Shown piece by piece: positions 36,381 to 46,964 of a DNA stretch of 64,000 nucleotides. The stretch is from Oscillibacter sp. Lineage in GTDB: Bacteria; Bacillota; Clostridia; Oscillospirales; Oscillospiraceae. The DNA is taken from assembly GCA_014799925.1 (NCBI GenBank), contig JAAVHC010000001.1, positions 30,998 through 94,997 of the forward strand, in the 5' to 3' direction. Numbering within the stretch: position 1 is the first letter of the stretch; the number at the start of each line of letters is the position of its first letter. The position numbers and the translations under genes are program-made. The notes below the pieces were generated by a model. That model was not told the DNA's origin. It did no database searches and saw only the letters and a program-made list of their open reading frames with translations.

Positions 36381-37861
36381 ACATTCGCCAGCGCCACCAG
36401 CGCGTCGATGGTCGCTTTGTCCGCAATTTTCACCTGAATTCCAAACTTTTCCGCCTCACGGGCGGTCTGTTTTCCGATGCACAGCCCCGTAAAGCCTCTG
36501 AAATCCGCGTCCGCGCCCACGGCGGATAGGAACCCTTTGACGGTGGAAGCGGAAGTGAAGGTGACAAAATCGAAGCGTCCCGCCTCCAGCTCCTCACGCA
36601 GCTCCGCCGACCGGGGGGTGTCATAAAATGTGCGGTAAACGGGAATGTCGTCGTAAGCCGCGCCGGCATCCGCCAGTGCGTCCGTCAGGGCGGGGGAGCC
36701 CTCCTCCGCCCGCAGCAGCAGAATCCTGCCTGCCGCCGCCTTCGCCAGCGCCCTGCCCATGTGCCCGGCGTCATAGACCTCCGGGATCAGATCGGCAGTC
36801 AGCCCGTGGGCCTCCAGCGCTTTCCCGGTGGCGGGCCCGATGGCCGCCAGCTTCACGCCGCCCAGCGCCCGGGCGTCTTTCCCCATGCCCCGCAGGCAGG
36901 ACCAGAACGCCTCTACGCCGGCGGCGCTGGTAAAGCCCAGCCATTCGTACTCTGCGGCCCGGCCCAGCGCGTCCTCCATTGCGGGGCAGGGGAGGAGGGG
37001 GGAGGTCCGGACGCAGGGAAACGGGACAACCTCCGCTCCCAGCGCCCGCAGCTTGCCGCTCAGCGTTCCCGCCCGCTCTTTGGGCCGGGTGACCAGGATG
37101 CGCTTGCCGTGGAGGGGCAGCCGCTCAAACCAGCACAGCTTTTCTGCCAGTGAGCACACGCCTCCCACGATGATCAGCGCGGGACTGCGGATTCCCATTT
37201 CTGCCGCCCGTTCCGGGAGCGTGCCCAGCGTCGCGCCGCACCGCCGCTGGCCGGGCAGAGTGCCCCGCTCTATCATAGCGGCGGGGGTGCCGCCGTCCAT
37301 CCCGGCGTCCAGAAGTCCGTTTATGATGGTGGGAAGGGCCGTCACGCCCATCAGGAACACCAGCGTCCCTTTTGTCCGTACCAGGGCCTCGAAGTCGATG
37401 TCCGGCAGCTTGCCCTCCCGCGCGCGGCCGGTGATAATGTGCAGGGAGGAGGCGTAGTCCCGATGGGTCGCCGGTATCCCGCCGTAGGCCGCCGCCGCGA
37501 TGGCGGAGGTAATGCCGGGAACCTCCGCGAACGCTACTCCGGCCTGGGCGAGGGCTTCTAATTCCTCGCCGCCCCGGCCAAAGACGAAGGGATCGCCGCC
37601 CTTTAAGCGCACCACGTTTCGCCCCGCCAGCGCTTCCTCCAGCAGGATCTGATTGATTTGCGCCTGCGGCACGGAGTGATGGCCGGCCTCCTTGCCCACG
37701 TTGATCCGCCGGGCGGCGGGGGGGATATGCTCCAGCAGGGCGGGACTCACCAGCCGGTCGTAGACGACGACCTCCGCCTGCTCCAGAGCCTTCCGCCCCT
37801 TGATCGTCAGCAGCTCCGGATCGCCCGGACCCGCGCCTACCAGCGTTACCTTTCCCGCCAT
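36377..37861 (-). CDS. cobA/hemD: Fused uroporphyrinogen-III C-methyltransferase / uroporphyrinogen-III synthase
   Basis: ATG at 37861 after GGGAGGGG. GKVTLVGAGPGDPELLT SUMT N-terminus. C-terminal HemD-like half. The 23 upstream codons in the ORF track are translated repeat sequence. Confidence 0.9.
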   Translation of the reverse strand: MAGKVTLVGAGPGDPELLTIKGRKALEQAEVVVYDRLVSPALLEHIPPAARRINVGKEAGHHSVPQAQINQILLEEALAGRNVVRLKGGDPFVFGRGGEELEALAQAGVAFAEVPGITSAIAAAAYGGIPATHRDYASSLHIITGRAREGKLPDIDFEALVRTKGTLVFLMGVTALPTIINGLLDAGMDGGTPAAMIERGTLPGQRRCGATLGTLPERAAEMGIRSPALIIVGGVCSLAEKLCWFERLPLHGKRILVTRPKERAGTLSGKLRALGAEVVPFPCVRTSPLLPCPAMEDALGRAAEYEWLGFTSAAGVEAFWSCLRGMGKDARALGGVKLAAIGPATGKALEAHGLTADLIPEVYDAGHMGRALAKAAAGRILLLRAEEGSPALTDALADAGAAYDDIPVYRTFYDTPRSAELREELEAGRFDFVTFTSASTVKGFLSAVGADADFRGFTGLCIGKQTAREAEKFGIQVKIADKATIDALVALANV

Positions 37862-37875
37862 GCCTGCCCCTCCCT

Positions 37876-37928
37876 CATACTTTTTCTTGAAAGAAAAAGT
37901 ATCAAAAAGAACTTTACTTTCGCTCTTC
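37876..37928 (+). repeat. Family 2 repeat, copy D, in the hemC to cobA/hemD spacer
   Basis: CATACTTTTTCTTGAAAGAAAAAGTATCAAAAAGAACTTT nearly identical to 27485..27525. Confidence 0.8.
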
Positions 37929-37975
37929 AAGCACTTGTTATTCCTAGATTTTTTCCCGGTTACGAAATTGCGCTT

Positions 37976-38851
37976 TTAATCGGGGAATAGTATCATCTGT
38001 GCCGCCAGCTCTGCCGCCAGCGCGATCCCATCCGAAAGGGGACCGGAAACAGAGGCTTTATGTATGTGTTCCTTCTCGTCCGCGTACATCCCCGTGATGG
38101 TGATCTGCGCTCCGTCCACCGCGGCGTACGCCGCCGCCGGCGAGGAACAGCCGCCGTTCAAAGCGCCCACAAAGGCCCGCTCCGCCAGGGCGCACCGCTC
38201 CGCCTCCCGGTCCTGAAGGCAGGAGAGGAGGGAGGGGTCCATATCCCTGCGGCACTGGACGGCCAGAATTCCCTGCCCTGCGGCGGGCAGCAGCTCCTCC
38301 GGCGAAAAAGTCCGGCTGATGCGCCCGGCCAGTCCCAGCCGCTTCAGGCCCGCCGCCGCCAGCACCAGCGCGCCGTATTCTCCGTCGTCCAGCTTTTGCA
38401 GCCGGGTCAGCACGTTGCCCCGGACGGGTTTTACCGCCAGATCCGGAAACAGGCGCCGCAGCTGGAGACGCCGTCTGGGGCTGGCGCTGCCGATGGGCTT
38501 GTCCGGGTCCGGCGCGTCCGCGCCTTGGGGCAGTACCATTGCGTCCCGAGGGTCCTCCCGAGGGAGAAAGGCCGCGATGGGCAGATCCTCCGGCAGCTCC
38601 ATGGGCAGATCCTTGCAGCTGTGGACGGCCAGATCGATCCGGCCTGCCCGGAGAGCGGCGTCCAGCTCCTTCACAAACAGGCCCTTGCCGCCCACCTGAT
38701 CCAGTGTGCGGTCCAATATCCTGTCTCCGGTGGTTTTCATCGTGATCAGCTCCAGCTCCATATCCGGGTGGGCTGTCCGGAGGGCGGCCATCACCAGCTC
38801 CGACTGGATGATGGCCAGCTTGCTGTCTCTGCTCCCAACGCGAAGTTTCAT
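37976..38851 (-). CDS. hemC: Hydroxymethylbilane synthase (porphobilinogen deaminase)
   Basis: KLRVGSRDSKLAIIQ N-terminus and TTGD motif. Start overlaps the sirC stop (ATGA). Confidence 0.95.
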   Translation of the reverse strand: MKLRVGSRDSKLAIIQSELVMAALRTAHPDMELELITMKTTGDRILDRTLDQVGGKGLFVKELDAALRAGRIDLAVHSCKDLPMELPEDLPIAAFLPREDPRDAMVLPQGADAPDPDKPIGSASPRRRLQLRRLFPDLAVKPVRGNVLTRLQKLDDGEYGALVLAAAGLKRLGLAGRISRTFSPEELLPAAGQGILAVQCRRDMDPSLLSCLQDREAERCALAERAFVGALNGGCSSPAAAYAAVDGAQITITGMYADEKEHIHKASVSGPLSDGIALAAELAAQMILFPD

Positions 38852-39300
38852 GTCATATGTTCTTCCTTTTCCAGGATTTTTCGGATTTCACCGGCAGCTC
38901 TGGCGGTTCTGGCGTGGTTGCTGCCGTCGCCGGCAACCCCCGCCACCAGTCCCTCTCCCTCGCATATGGCGGGAAAGAAGAAGTCGCAGCCGGACCGGCA
39001 GTCCGAGCGGTTAAAGAGGACCCCCAGATGCCTGGCCTCCTGGCCGGCGGCCTCGTTGACCGATGGGTCGTTGGCAGCGGCAATGGCCAGGAACGCTCCC
39101 GCCAGGTCCCCTGGCTGGTAGCGCCTGGCAATATGGCGAATGCCGTCCACGGGCCGGAGCAGGGAAGGGGATACCACCGTAACTTCCGCTCCGAAGCGGC
39201 GCAGGACCTCGGCCCGCCGCAGTCCCACCGTGCCGCCGCCGATGACCACGGCCTTACGGCCGGAGAGATCCATGAACAGGGGAAAGCGTTTATTCTCCAC
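38848..39300 (-). CDS. sirC: Precorrin-2 dehydrogenase / sirohydrochlorin ferrochelatase (SirC, CysG N-terminal type)
   Basis: FPLFMDLSGRKAVVIGGGTVGLRR Rossmann N-terminus. Start placed at GTG 39300, 7 nt after GGAGAG, so that the conserved FPLF is included. ATG 39273 is the alternative. Overlaps the lgt stop. Confidence 0.8.
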   Translation of the reverse strand: MENKRFPLFMDLSGRKAVVIGGGTVGLRRAEVLRRFGAEVTVVSPSLLRPVDGIRHIARRYQPGDLAGAFLAIAAANDPSVNEAAGQEARHLGVLFNRSDCRSGCDFFFPAICEGEGLVAGVAGDGSNHARTARAAGEIRKILEKEEHMT

Positions 39301-40240
39301 CCTGAGACTCTCCGTTGTCCGATGCGGCGGCAGGGACGGTCTCCTCCGCCGCCGGCGCCGCCTGCCGGTTGACAAACAGCGTCTCCTGACCGTGGGGGTG
39401 CTTCCGCTTATTTATGATCAGTACGGTGAGGCCGGCGATGACCAGGATCACGCTGAGTAGCTGGCTGACCCGGATGGGCTGGCCGAACAGCTCCCAGCCG
39501 AACAGCTTCAGGGTGTCCGTGCGCAAGGCCTCGATCCAGGTGCGGCCAGTGCCGTACCAGATGAAGTAGCAGCAGGTGTTTTCTCCATCGAAGGTTCTGG
39601 CCCTGGAGATGATGAACACGATCAGCAGCAGGCCGGCCAGATTCCACAGGCTCTCATACAGGAAGGTGGGGTGGACCTCGATATATTCCGAGGCGGAAAC
39701 CCACACCCGCATCCGCCAGGGCAGGGAGGTCTCTCCGCCGAACACTTCCCGGTTGACGAAGTTTCCCCACCGGCCCACCGCCTGTCCGATGAGCAGGCCC
39801 ATGACGCCAAGGTCCGCGAACGCGCCAAAGGAGATTTTTTTTCTCTTGCAGAACGCGAGCAGCACCAAAAACGCCACAATGACCGCGCCGTAGATGGCCA
39901 GCCCGCCGTCCCAGATCGCGACCATCTTGCTGAAGCTGAGACGGCCGTCTGACTGACGGAAGAAGTCCAGGTTGAACAGCACGTAGTAGGTCCTGGCCCC
40001 GATGATGCACAGGGGGATCTGCCAGATCATCATATCATAGATGTTGTCTTCCGTAATGCCGTATTTCTTGCCCTGCCGGCAGCAGAACAGCACGGCCAGA
40101 ATCAGGCCCGCGCAGATGATGACGCCGTACCAGCGCACGCCGTTGCCGATGGGGATTGCCACCGGACTGGGGTTGATGGACCAGTCCCCGAAGAGGCCTG
40201 GAAAGCTGATGGGCATGTCGGTCCTTGCATATTCATACAT
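39290..40240 (-). CDS. lgt: Prolipoprotein diacylglyceryl transferase
   Basis: Typical Lgt motifs (AIWDGGLAIYG, GRWGNFVNRE). RBS AAGGAGGA. C-terminal hydrophilic tail. Confidence 0.92.
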   Translation of the reverse strand: MYEYARTDMPISFPGLFGDWSINPSPVAIPIGNGVRWYGVIICAGLILAVLFCCRQGKKYGITEDNIYDMMIWQIPLCIIGARTYYVLFNLDFFRQSDGRLSFSKMVAIWDGGLAIYGAVIVAFLVLLAFCKRKKISFGAFADLGVMGLLIGQAVGRWGNFVNREVFGGETSLPWRMRVWVSASEYIEVHPTFLYESLWNLAGLLLIVFIISRARTFDGENTCCYFIWYGTGRTWIEALRTDTLKLFGWELFGQPIRVSQLLSVILVIAGLTVLIINKRKHPHGQETLFVNRQAAPAAEETVPAAASDNGESQGGE

Positions 40241-40269
40241 AATGGATCATCCTCCTTGGACGGGGCGCG

Positions 40270-41541
40270 TCAGGCGCCGGGCTGGATCAGGGAGAGGGCG
40301 GCGCGCTCCGGGGCAATGTTCTCCCGCAGGAAGGCCTCCACGTCCGCCTTGGTCACGGTGTCGAAAACCTCCGGGAAGCGGTAATAGTCAAAGCCGCGGA
40401 AATACCCCTCTGCCATGCTGATGGCGATGTTCTCGAAGGAATTGAGGCTGCGGAGCATCCCGCCGTAGGCTGAGCGGCGGATCTGCTGATAGAAGGCTTC
40501 GTCAATGCCCTCGCGGCCCAGTCTGCCGGCCTGCCGGGTGATCTCGTCAAAAACCCGGCGGGGCTCCTTCGTGTCTCCGCCCACGTAAATATAGGAGGCG
40601 CCCGGCAGCATGTCGAAGTTGCCTCCCAGACTGCCGTTGATCACGCCCTCCTCATAGAGACGGGTATAGAGGGGGCTGCTGTCTCCAAAAAGCGCGTCGC
40701 AGGCCAGATCTCCGATGATGCTCTCCCGCAGCATGGCCTCGCCGGTGCCCGGGCGCCGGCACTTATAGCCCGCCAGGAACATCGGCATGGAAACCTCCAT
40801 GATCTGGGTGCGCTCCGCCTGGACCGGGGCGGGGGACTCCTCCTCGCCGTAGTCCCGGTCAATGACGGGGCCGCCCTCTCTGGGGAGGATGGCCTCCGCC
40901 TCCTCCGCGATCCGCTCCGGGTCCACGTTCCCGACGCATACCAGGACCATGTTCGACGGCGTGTAGAAGGACTTGTGGCAGTCGTAAAGAGTCTGGGAGG
41001 TAATATGGCGGATGCTCTCCACCGAGCCTGCCACCGGGATGCGGACCGGGCTGTTCCGGTACAGGCACTCCATCAGATTGGAGTAGACCCGCCAGTCGGG
41101 GTCGTCCTCCGTCTCCTGGATTTCCTGGGCAATGATGCCCTGTTCCTTGGCGACGCTCTCCGGGGTGAAGTAGGGCGTGGAGACAAAGCGAAGGAGGATA
41201 CGGAGATTCTCATAAAAATTCGCCGTAGAGGTGAAATAGTAGGCGGTGATGGCGTTGCTGGTGAAGGCGTTGTCGGACGCGCCGTTCCGCGCAAAGTCCA
41301 CCATGACGTTGCCGTCTTCCATTTCAAACATCTTGTGCTCCAGATAGTGGGCGATGCCGGCGGGCGTGTCCAGCCACTGGCCGTCCCGGCGGAAACGCAG
41401 ATCCATGCCGCCGTACCGGACGGCGAAAAAGGCGTAGCTCTTGGCGTGGTAGGGCTTGGAAACTGTGATGATTTCCAGCCCGTTGGGCAGCCTCCGCCGG
41501 TAGAGCGTTTCTCCTGCGCGGGGATATTCCGTTGCCTTCAT
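40270..41541 (-). CDS. M16 (pitrilysin/insulinase) family peptidase, catalytic-type subunit
   Basis: Zinc motif HxxEH is present (GIAHYLEHKMF). Start overlaps the upstream M16 gene stop. Confidence 0.85.
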   Translation of the reverse strand: MKATEYPRAGETLYRRRLPNGLEIITVSKPYHAKSYAFFAVRYGGMDLRFRRDGQWLDTPAGIAHYLEHKMFEMEDGNVMVDFARNGASDNAFTSNAITAYYFTSTANFYENLRILLRFVSTPYFTPESVAKEQGIIAQEIQETEDDPDWRVYSNLMECLYRNSPVRIPVAGSVESIRHITSQTLYDCHKSFYTPSNMVLVCVGNVDPERIAEEAEAILPREGGPVIDRDYGEEESPAPVQAERTQIMEVSMPMFLAGYKCRRPGTGEAMLRESIIGDLACDALFGDSSPLYTRLYEEGVINGSLGGNFDMLPGASYIYVGGDTKEPRRVFDEITRQAGRLGREGIDEAFYQQIRRSAYGGMLRSLNSFENIAISMAEGYFRGFDYYRFPEVFDTVTKADVEAFLRENIAPERAALSLIQPGA

Positions 41542-42803
41542 GAGCGGTCCTCCTTGCCTTTCAGGAAATAGATGGTGTCGGGCTTCACCGTCCGGGCGGC
41601 CTCCCGGATGCGCTCCGGCGTCACGGCCTGAATGGCGGCGATCAGGCCGGGGATGGTCTCGTCCGTTCCGGCCACGGCCTGCCCCATAATGAAGTCCTCC
41701 ATTGCTCCGGGGGAATCGTCAACGGTACGCAGGCTGTTGAGAATGGACTGCCGCGCGCCGTCCAGCTCCCAGTCCTCCCAATCGCCCTGCTGAAGGGCTT
41801 CCAGCTGTCTGGAGATTTCCTCCATCGCGCGGTCATAGTTGGCGCACTCGATGCCGGAGGAGACCATGATCAGACCCTTTAACCGGTGAAAGACGCTGTC
41901 CGCGTAGTAGCACAGGGACAGCTTTTCCCGCACGTTGGTGAACAGCTTGGAGGTGGTGACCCCGCCGAACATGGCGGTCATCAGCATGACGGCGGCCGTA
42001 TCCTCGCTGACGGTACGGTATCCGATGCACAGCTTGCCCTGGGTGACGTCCATTTCCTCCGTCAGGAACCGGGGCTGCTCTCTGGCGGGGCGGCGGAGGG
42101 TGGGAACGGGCTCCGCCGTCCCGCTCTGCCGGGGAAGGGCGGCGAAGGCGCGGGTAAAGGCCCCGGCGACCCGATTTTCCGGAGCGGAACCGCAATAGAA
42201 CAGCTCCAGCCGTCCCTTGGGAAGTATTTCGCGGTAATGGCGGTTGAGCTGCTGAAGAGAAATTTTTTCCACGCTCTCGGCGCTGCCCATCCGGCCCACG
42301 CCGTAGCGCTCCTCCGCGCACATCTCCTCCAGCAGCCGCCGGGCGGCGTAGGCCCGCTTATCGTTGATGTCGCTGCGTATGAGATCCGCAAGATTGTCCC
42401 GCTCGCTCTCTACGTAGTCCTCCAGCAGCCGCCCGCCCCTGGTAGCGGGATCGCAGAAAAATTCTCCCAGCAGATCCGCCAGCTTTTCCAGGAGCTTTTC
42501 CTCCTGCGGGAGAAACCGGTCGTCAATGCCGCTGGCCACAAAACCAAAGAGCTGATTTTCTCCCTTTTTTCGCACGGTGGGCTCCAGCCGTGCGCCGTAG
42601 AGCATGTCCAGCTCCCGTCCGATGGCGGCCATGTCCGGGCACCGGACCGTACCCCGATTGAGGACGTTGACCAGCAGGGCGTTGCGGCCGGCAGTTTCCT
42701 TCTCCAGAGGGGCGGACATCTGGGCGCTGAAAAAGCTGGTCTTGAATTTCTCCGATGGAATGTAGGTAAGGTACACATTGTCCATGAGCATCTGTCGGGT
42801 CAT
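41538..42803 (-). CDS. M16 family peptidase-like protein lacking the HxxEH motif (probable non-catalytic partner)
   Basis: Same fold-level pattern and size. The motif position reads NALLVNVLNRGT. RBS AAGGAGA. Confidence 0.75.
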   Translation of the reverse strand: MTRQMLMDNVYLTYIPSEKFKTSFFSAQMSAPLEKETAGRNALLVNVLNRGTVRCPDMAAIGRELDMLYGARLEPTVRKKGENQLFGFVASGIDDRFLPQEEKLLEKLADLLGEFFCDPATRGGRLLEDYVESERDNLADLIRSDINDKRAYAARRLLEEMCAEERYGVGRMGSAESVEKISLQQLNRHYREILPKGRLELFYCGSAPENRVAGAFTRAFAALPRQSGTAEPVPTLRRPAREQPRFLTEEMDVTQGKLCIGYRTVSEDTAAVMLMTAMFGGVTTSKLFTNVREKLSLCYYADSVFHRLKGLIMVSSGIECANYDRAMEEISRQLEALQQGDWEDWELDGARQSILNSLRTVDDSPGAMEDFIMGQAVAGTDETIPGLIAAIQAVTPERIREAARTVKPDTIYFLKGKEDRS

Positions 42804-42971
42804 GAGTGTTCTCCTTCTTTTGTCAATTCCACTTTAGTATATACCTTTTTCCCCGGAGTTTCCATAGGGGAAGCCAGATTTTTCTTCGGGAGGCATAAAG
42901 ATTTGGGAAACTTACCAAAAAAAGATGGCAGCGGCGCCCGGGACTGACCAACGGGCGCCGCTGCTGATTTG

Positions 42972-43334
42972 TCATTGATTGTAATGCTTCTGTACCGGGG
43001 CAGGGAGCTGGTCATAGGAAAGCTCTTCCCAGCTCAGGACGCCCCGCAGGGGGGCGGTAGTGATGGCGATGTAGGCGCCGTCCTTCAGAATGCGGGAGGT
43101 GTCCAGCTCAAGTGATGAGGCAGCGCCGTTTTCGTCATAGACCGTAAGGGAGTAGCGGTAATTCATGCCGCCGTGGGGAGTGATTTCCTGGACCAGAGTA
43201 TTGTCGATCCGCCCGTAGCAGACGGTGGCATTGGCCTCAGTGGATTGGAAGATGATGCCAAGAGCGGCAATGGCCAGGACAAGGACCAGCGCTGCCGCGC
43301 CGGCCGCAGTGAAAAGGATTTTTGATTTCTTCAC
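42972..43334 (-). CDS. YxeA/DUF1093-like small membrane-anchored protein
   Basis: GTG at 43334 lies 7 nt after AAGGAGG. N-terminal TM. Pattern Y.R....G...Y.Y.L..YDENG resembles the YxeA family (recalled from memory). Confidence 0.55.
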   Translation of the reverse strand: MKKSKILFTAAGAAALVLVLAIAALGIIFQSTEANATVCYGRIDNTLVQEITPHGGMNYRYSLTVYDENGAASSLELDTSRILKDGAYIAITTAPLRGVLSWEELSYDQLPAPVQKHYNQ

Positions 43335-43455
43335 AAGAATGACCTCCTTTATTATTACAGGACCATTATAAAGGAGGGACATTTTGCGTGCCATAGATTT
43401 ACCTTACAAAATGGGGGAGAAGCTTACAGTTATGTAAGATTGACGGAGAAGCCCT

Positions 43456-43495
43456 TGCAAAAAAGAAAGGCGGCCACCGGATGGTGGCCGCCTTT
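43456..43495 (-). terminator. Intrinsic terminator after tuf
   Basis: Stem AAAGGCGGCCACC / GGTGGCCGCCTTT with loop, followed on the minus strand by TCTTTTTT. Confidence 0.85.
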
Positions 43496-43506
43496 GCGGG
43501 AATCAA

Positions 43507-44709
43507 TTACTCAGCGATGTCGATAACAACGCCGGAGCCAACGGTACGACCGCCCTCGCGGATAGCGAAGCGGAGGCCCTTCTCGATGGCGATGGGGGTA
43601 ATCAGCTCAACGTTCATATCCACGTTATCACCAGGCATGCACATCTCAACGCCCTCGGGCAGGTTGATGACGCCGGTCACGTCGGTGGTACGGAAATAGA
43701 ACTGGGGACGATAGTTGTTGAAGAAGGGGGTGTGACGGCCGCCTTCATCCTTGCTCAGGACGTACACCTGGCCCACGAACTTGGTGTGGGGGTGAATGGA
43801 GTTGGGCTTAGCCAGAACCTGGCCGCGCTCGATCTCGGTCTTGGCCACGCCGCGCAGCAGGCAGCCGGCGTTGTCGCCAGCCTCGACGTAATCCAGGGTC
43901 TTGTGGAACATTTCCATGGAGGTGACGACGGTGGTGCGCTTCTCATCGGTCAGACCAACGATCTCGACGGTCTCGCCGGCCTTCAGCTGGCCGCGCTCCA
44001 CACGGCCGGTAGCGACGGTGCCGCGGCCGGAGATGGTGAAGACGTCCTCGACGGGCATCAGGAAGGGCATGTCGGCCTTACGGTCGGGAGTGGGGATATA
44101 GCTGTCGACGCTGTCCATCAGCTCCTTGATGCAGGCGTACTCGGGAGCGTTGGGGTCGGTGCTCTCGCTCACCAGGGCCTCCAGAGCGGAACCCTTGACG
44201 ATGGGGATATCGTCGCCGGGGAACTCGTAGAAGGACAGAGTCTCGCGGACTTCCATCTCAACCAGCTCCAGCAGCTCCTCGTCGTCCACCTGATCGCACT
44301 TGTTCAGGAAAACGATGATGGCGGGCACGCCGACCTGACGGGCCAGCAGGATGTGCTCCTTGGTCTGAGCCATGGGGCCGTCGGTGGCGGCGATGACCAG
44401 GATGGCGCCGTCCATCTGCGCAGCGCCGGTGATCATGTTCTTGATATAGTCGGCGTGGCCCGGGCAGTCAACGTGAGCGTAGTGACGGGCGTCGGTCTCA
44501 TACTCGACGTGGGCGGTGTTGATAGTAATGCCGCGCTCGCGCTCCTCAGGAGCCTTGTCGATGCTGGAGTAATCGGTGTAGTCGGCCTTGCCCTGGAAAG
44601 CCAGATACTTGGTGATGGCGGCGGTCAGGGTGGTCTTGCCGTGGTCAACGTGGCCGATGGTGCCGATGTTGACATGGGGCTTGCTTCTTTCAAACTTTTG
44701 CTTGGCCAT
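43507..44709 (-). CDS. tuf: Elongation factor Tu
   Basis: [28 protein letters not shown].. is unmistakable. Confidence 0.98.
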   Translation of the reverse strand: MAKQKFERSKPHVNIGTIGHVDHGKTTLTAAITKYLAFQGKADYTDYSSIDKAPEERERGITINTAHVEYETDARHYAHVDCPGHADYIKNMITGAAQMDGAILVIAATDGPMAQTKEHILLARQVGVPAIIVFLNKCDQVDDEELLELVEMEVRETLSFYEFPGDDIPIVKGSALEALVSESTDPNAPEYACIKELMDSVDSYIPTPDRKADMPFLMPVEDVFTISGRGTVATGRVERGQLKAGETVEIVGLTDEKRTTVVTSMEMFHKTLDYVEAGDNAGCLLRGVAKTEIERGQVLAKPNSIHPHTKFVGQVYVLSKDEGGRHTPFFNNYRPQFYFRTTDVTGVINLPEGVEMCMPGDNVDMNVELITPIAIEKGLRFAIREGGRTVGSGVVIDIAE

Positions 44710-44837
44710 TGGGAATTTCCTCCTTAACGGTTAAATGAATGTGTGAGATCAGCACAAACGACAATATGCTGATATTTTACAACAAGTCCGGGGAAAAAGC
44801 AATCCCAAAAACGGACTTTGCCAGGAATATTTTGGCT

Positions 44838-46949
44838 TTATTTCATGGCCCGGCCGCCCATCCGCTGATCGATGATCTTCTCCCGGATGTTTTTGGGGAT
44901 CTCGATATAGTGGCTGGGCTCCATGGTGTACTGGCCGCGGCCCTGGGTGCGGGAGCGAAGGTCGGTAGCGTAGCCGAACATCTCGCTCAGGGGAACAAAG
45001 GCGTCGATCTGCTGCGCGCCGGACCGGGCCTCAAAGCCCTGGATCTGGCCGCGGCGGCTGTTCAGGTCGCCGATGACGTCGCCCATGTATTCCTCGGGCA
45101 CGATGACGCACACCTTCATGATGGGCTCCAGCAGGGTGGGGTCCGCCTTCTGGCAGGCCTCCTTGAAAGCCATGGAACCGGCGATCTTGAAAGCCATCTC
45201 AGAGGAGTCCACCTCGTGGTAGGACCCGTCGTACAGCGTGACCTTCACGTCCACCACCGGATAACCGGCCAGCACGCCGGAGAGCATGGCGCCCTGGATG
45301 CCCGCGTCCACGGCGGGGATATACTCCTTGGGCACCGCGCCGCCCACCACCTCGTTGACGAACTCATAGCCCTTGCCGGACTCGTTGGGTTCCACGCGGA
45401 TCTTGACGTGGCCGTACTGGCCCTTACCGCCGGACTGGCGGGCGTACTTGGTGTCCTGCTGGACGTTCTTCTTGATGGTCTCCTTGTAGGCCACCTGGGG
45501 CGCGCCCACGTTGGCCTCCACCTTGTACTCGCGGAGCAGACGGTCCACGATGATCTCCAGATGGAGCTCGCCCATGCCGGCGATGATGGTCTGACCCGTC
45601 TCCTCGTCGGTATAGGTCTTGAAGGTGGGGTCCTCCTCGGCCAGCTTCATCAGGGCGATGCCCATCTTCTCCTGACCGGCCTTGGTCTTGGGCTCGATGG
45701 CCACCCGGATGACGGGTTCGGGGAACTCCATGGACTCCAGAATAATGGGGTGCTTCTCATCGCACAGCGTGTCGCCGGTGGTGGAGTTCTTCAGACCGAT
45801 GACGCCGGCGATGTCGCCGGAATAGATGGTCTCGATGTCCTCCCGGTGGTTGGCGTGCATCTGAAGGATGCGGCCGACGCGCTCCCGGTGGCCCTTGGTG
45901 GAGTTGAGCACGGCGGTGCCGGTGCCCAGCTGGCCGGAGTACACCCGGACGAAGCTCAGACGGCCCACGTAGGGGTCGGTCATGATCTTGAAGGCCAGGG
46001 CGGAGAAGGGGGCGCTGTCGTCGGAGGGACGCTCCTCCTCCTCGTCGGTCCTGGGGTTGACGCCGCGGATGGCCGGGACGTCCAGCGGGGAGGGCATATA
46101 ATCCACGATAGCGTCCAGCAGACGCTGGATGCCCTTGTTGCGGTAGCTGGTGCCGCAGGTGACGGGGATCATCTCCACGGCGCAGGTCGCCTTGCGGATG
46201 GCCTTGCGGATGCGGTCCTTGGGGATGTCCTGGCCCTCCAGGTACATCTCCATGATCTCGTCGTCAAACATGCTGATGGCGTCCAGCATTTTCTCGTGGT
46301 ATTCGGCGGCCAGCTCGGCCATGTCAGCGGGAATTGCCTCCTCGCTGATGTCCTTGCCCAGGTCGTCGTGGTAGATATAGGCTTTCATCTCCACCAGGTC
46401 GATGATGCCCAGGAAATCGGCTTCCTTCCCGATGGGAAGCTGAATGGGGACGGCGTTGCACTTGAGCCGCTCGTCGATCATGCGAAGCACGTTGTAGAAG
46501 TCCGCGCCCATGATATCCATCTTGTTGACGTAGATCATGCGGGGGACCCTGTAGTGGTCCGCCTGACGCCAGACGGTCTCGGACTGGGGCTCGACGCCAC
46601 CCTTGGCGCACATGACGGTCACGCTGCCGTCCAGCACGCGCAGGGAGCGCTCCACCTCCACGGTGAAGTCTACATGGCCCGGTGTGTCGATGATGTTGAT
46701 GCGGGTCTGGGGAAACTGGTTCCGCATTCCCTGCCAGTAACAGGTGGTGGCGGCGGACGTAATGGTAATGCCGCGCTCCTGCTCCTGGGCCATCCAGTCC
46801 ATGGTGGCGGTGCCCTCATGGGTTTCACCGATTTTATAGTTCACACCGGTATAATACAGGATGCGCTCGGTAGTAGTGGTCTTTCCTGCATCAATGTGAG
46901 CCATAATGCCGATATTTCTTGTGTTTTCCAGTGATACCTTTCTCGGCAT
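44838..46949 (-). CDS. fusA: Elongation factor G
   Basis: [20 protein letters not shown].. and the full five-domain length. Confidence 0.98.
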   Translation of the reverse strand: MPRKVSLENTRNIGIMAHIDAGKTTTTERILYYTGVNYKIGETHEGTATMDWMAQEQERGITITSAATTCYWQGMRNQFPQTRINIIDTPGHVDFTVEVERSLRVLDGSVTVMCAKGGVEPQSETVWRQADHYRVPRMIYVNKMDIMGADFYNVLRMIDERLKCNAVPIQLPIGKEADFLGIIDLVEMKAYIYHDDLGKDISEEAIPADMAELAAEYHEKMLDAISMFDDEIMEMYLEGQDIPKDRIRKAIRKATCAVEMIPVTCGTSYRNKGIQRLLDAIVDYMPSPLDVPAIRGVNPRTDEEEERPSDDSAPFSALAFKIMTDPYVGRLSFVRVYSGQLGTGTAVLNSTKGHRERVGRILQMHANHREDIETIYSGDIAGVIGLKNSTTGDTLCDEKHPIILESMEFPEPVIRVAIEPKTKAGQEKMGIALMKLAEEDPTFKTYTDEETGQTIIAGMGELHLEIIVDRLLREYKVEANVGAPQVAYKETIKKNVQQDTKYARQSGGKGQYGHVKIRVEPNESGKGYEFVNEVVGGAVPKEYIPAVDAGIQGAMLSGVLAGYPVVDVKVTLYDGSYHEVDSSEMAFKIAGSMAFKEACQKADPTLLEPIMKVCVIVPEEYMGDVIGDLNSRRGQIQGFEARSGAQQIDAFVPLSEMFGYATDLRSRTQGRGQYTMEPSHYIEIPKNIREKIIDQRMGGRAMK

Positions 46950-46964
46950 ACTGCTCCTCCTAAC

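Noticed and set aside
44774-44802. A possible internal promoter for tuf in the fusA-tuf spacer (minus strand TTGCTT-17-TAAAAT).
   Set aside because: It is plausible, and many bacteria do have a tuf-proximal promoter. It rests only on a moderate hexamer match in an AT-rich spacer, so I left it out of the feature list pending transcript-start data.
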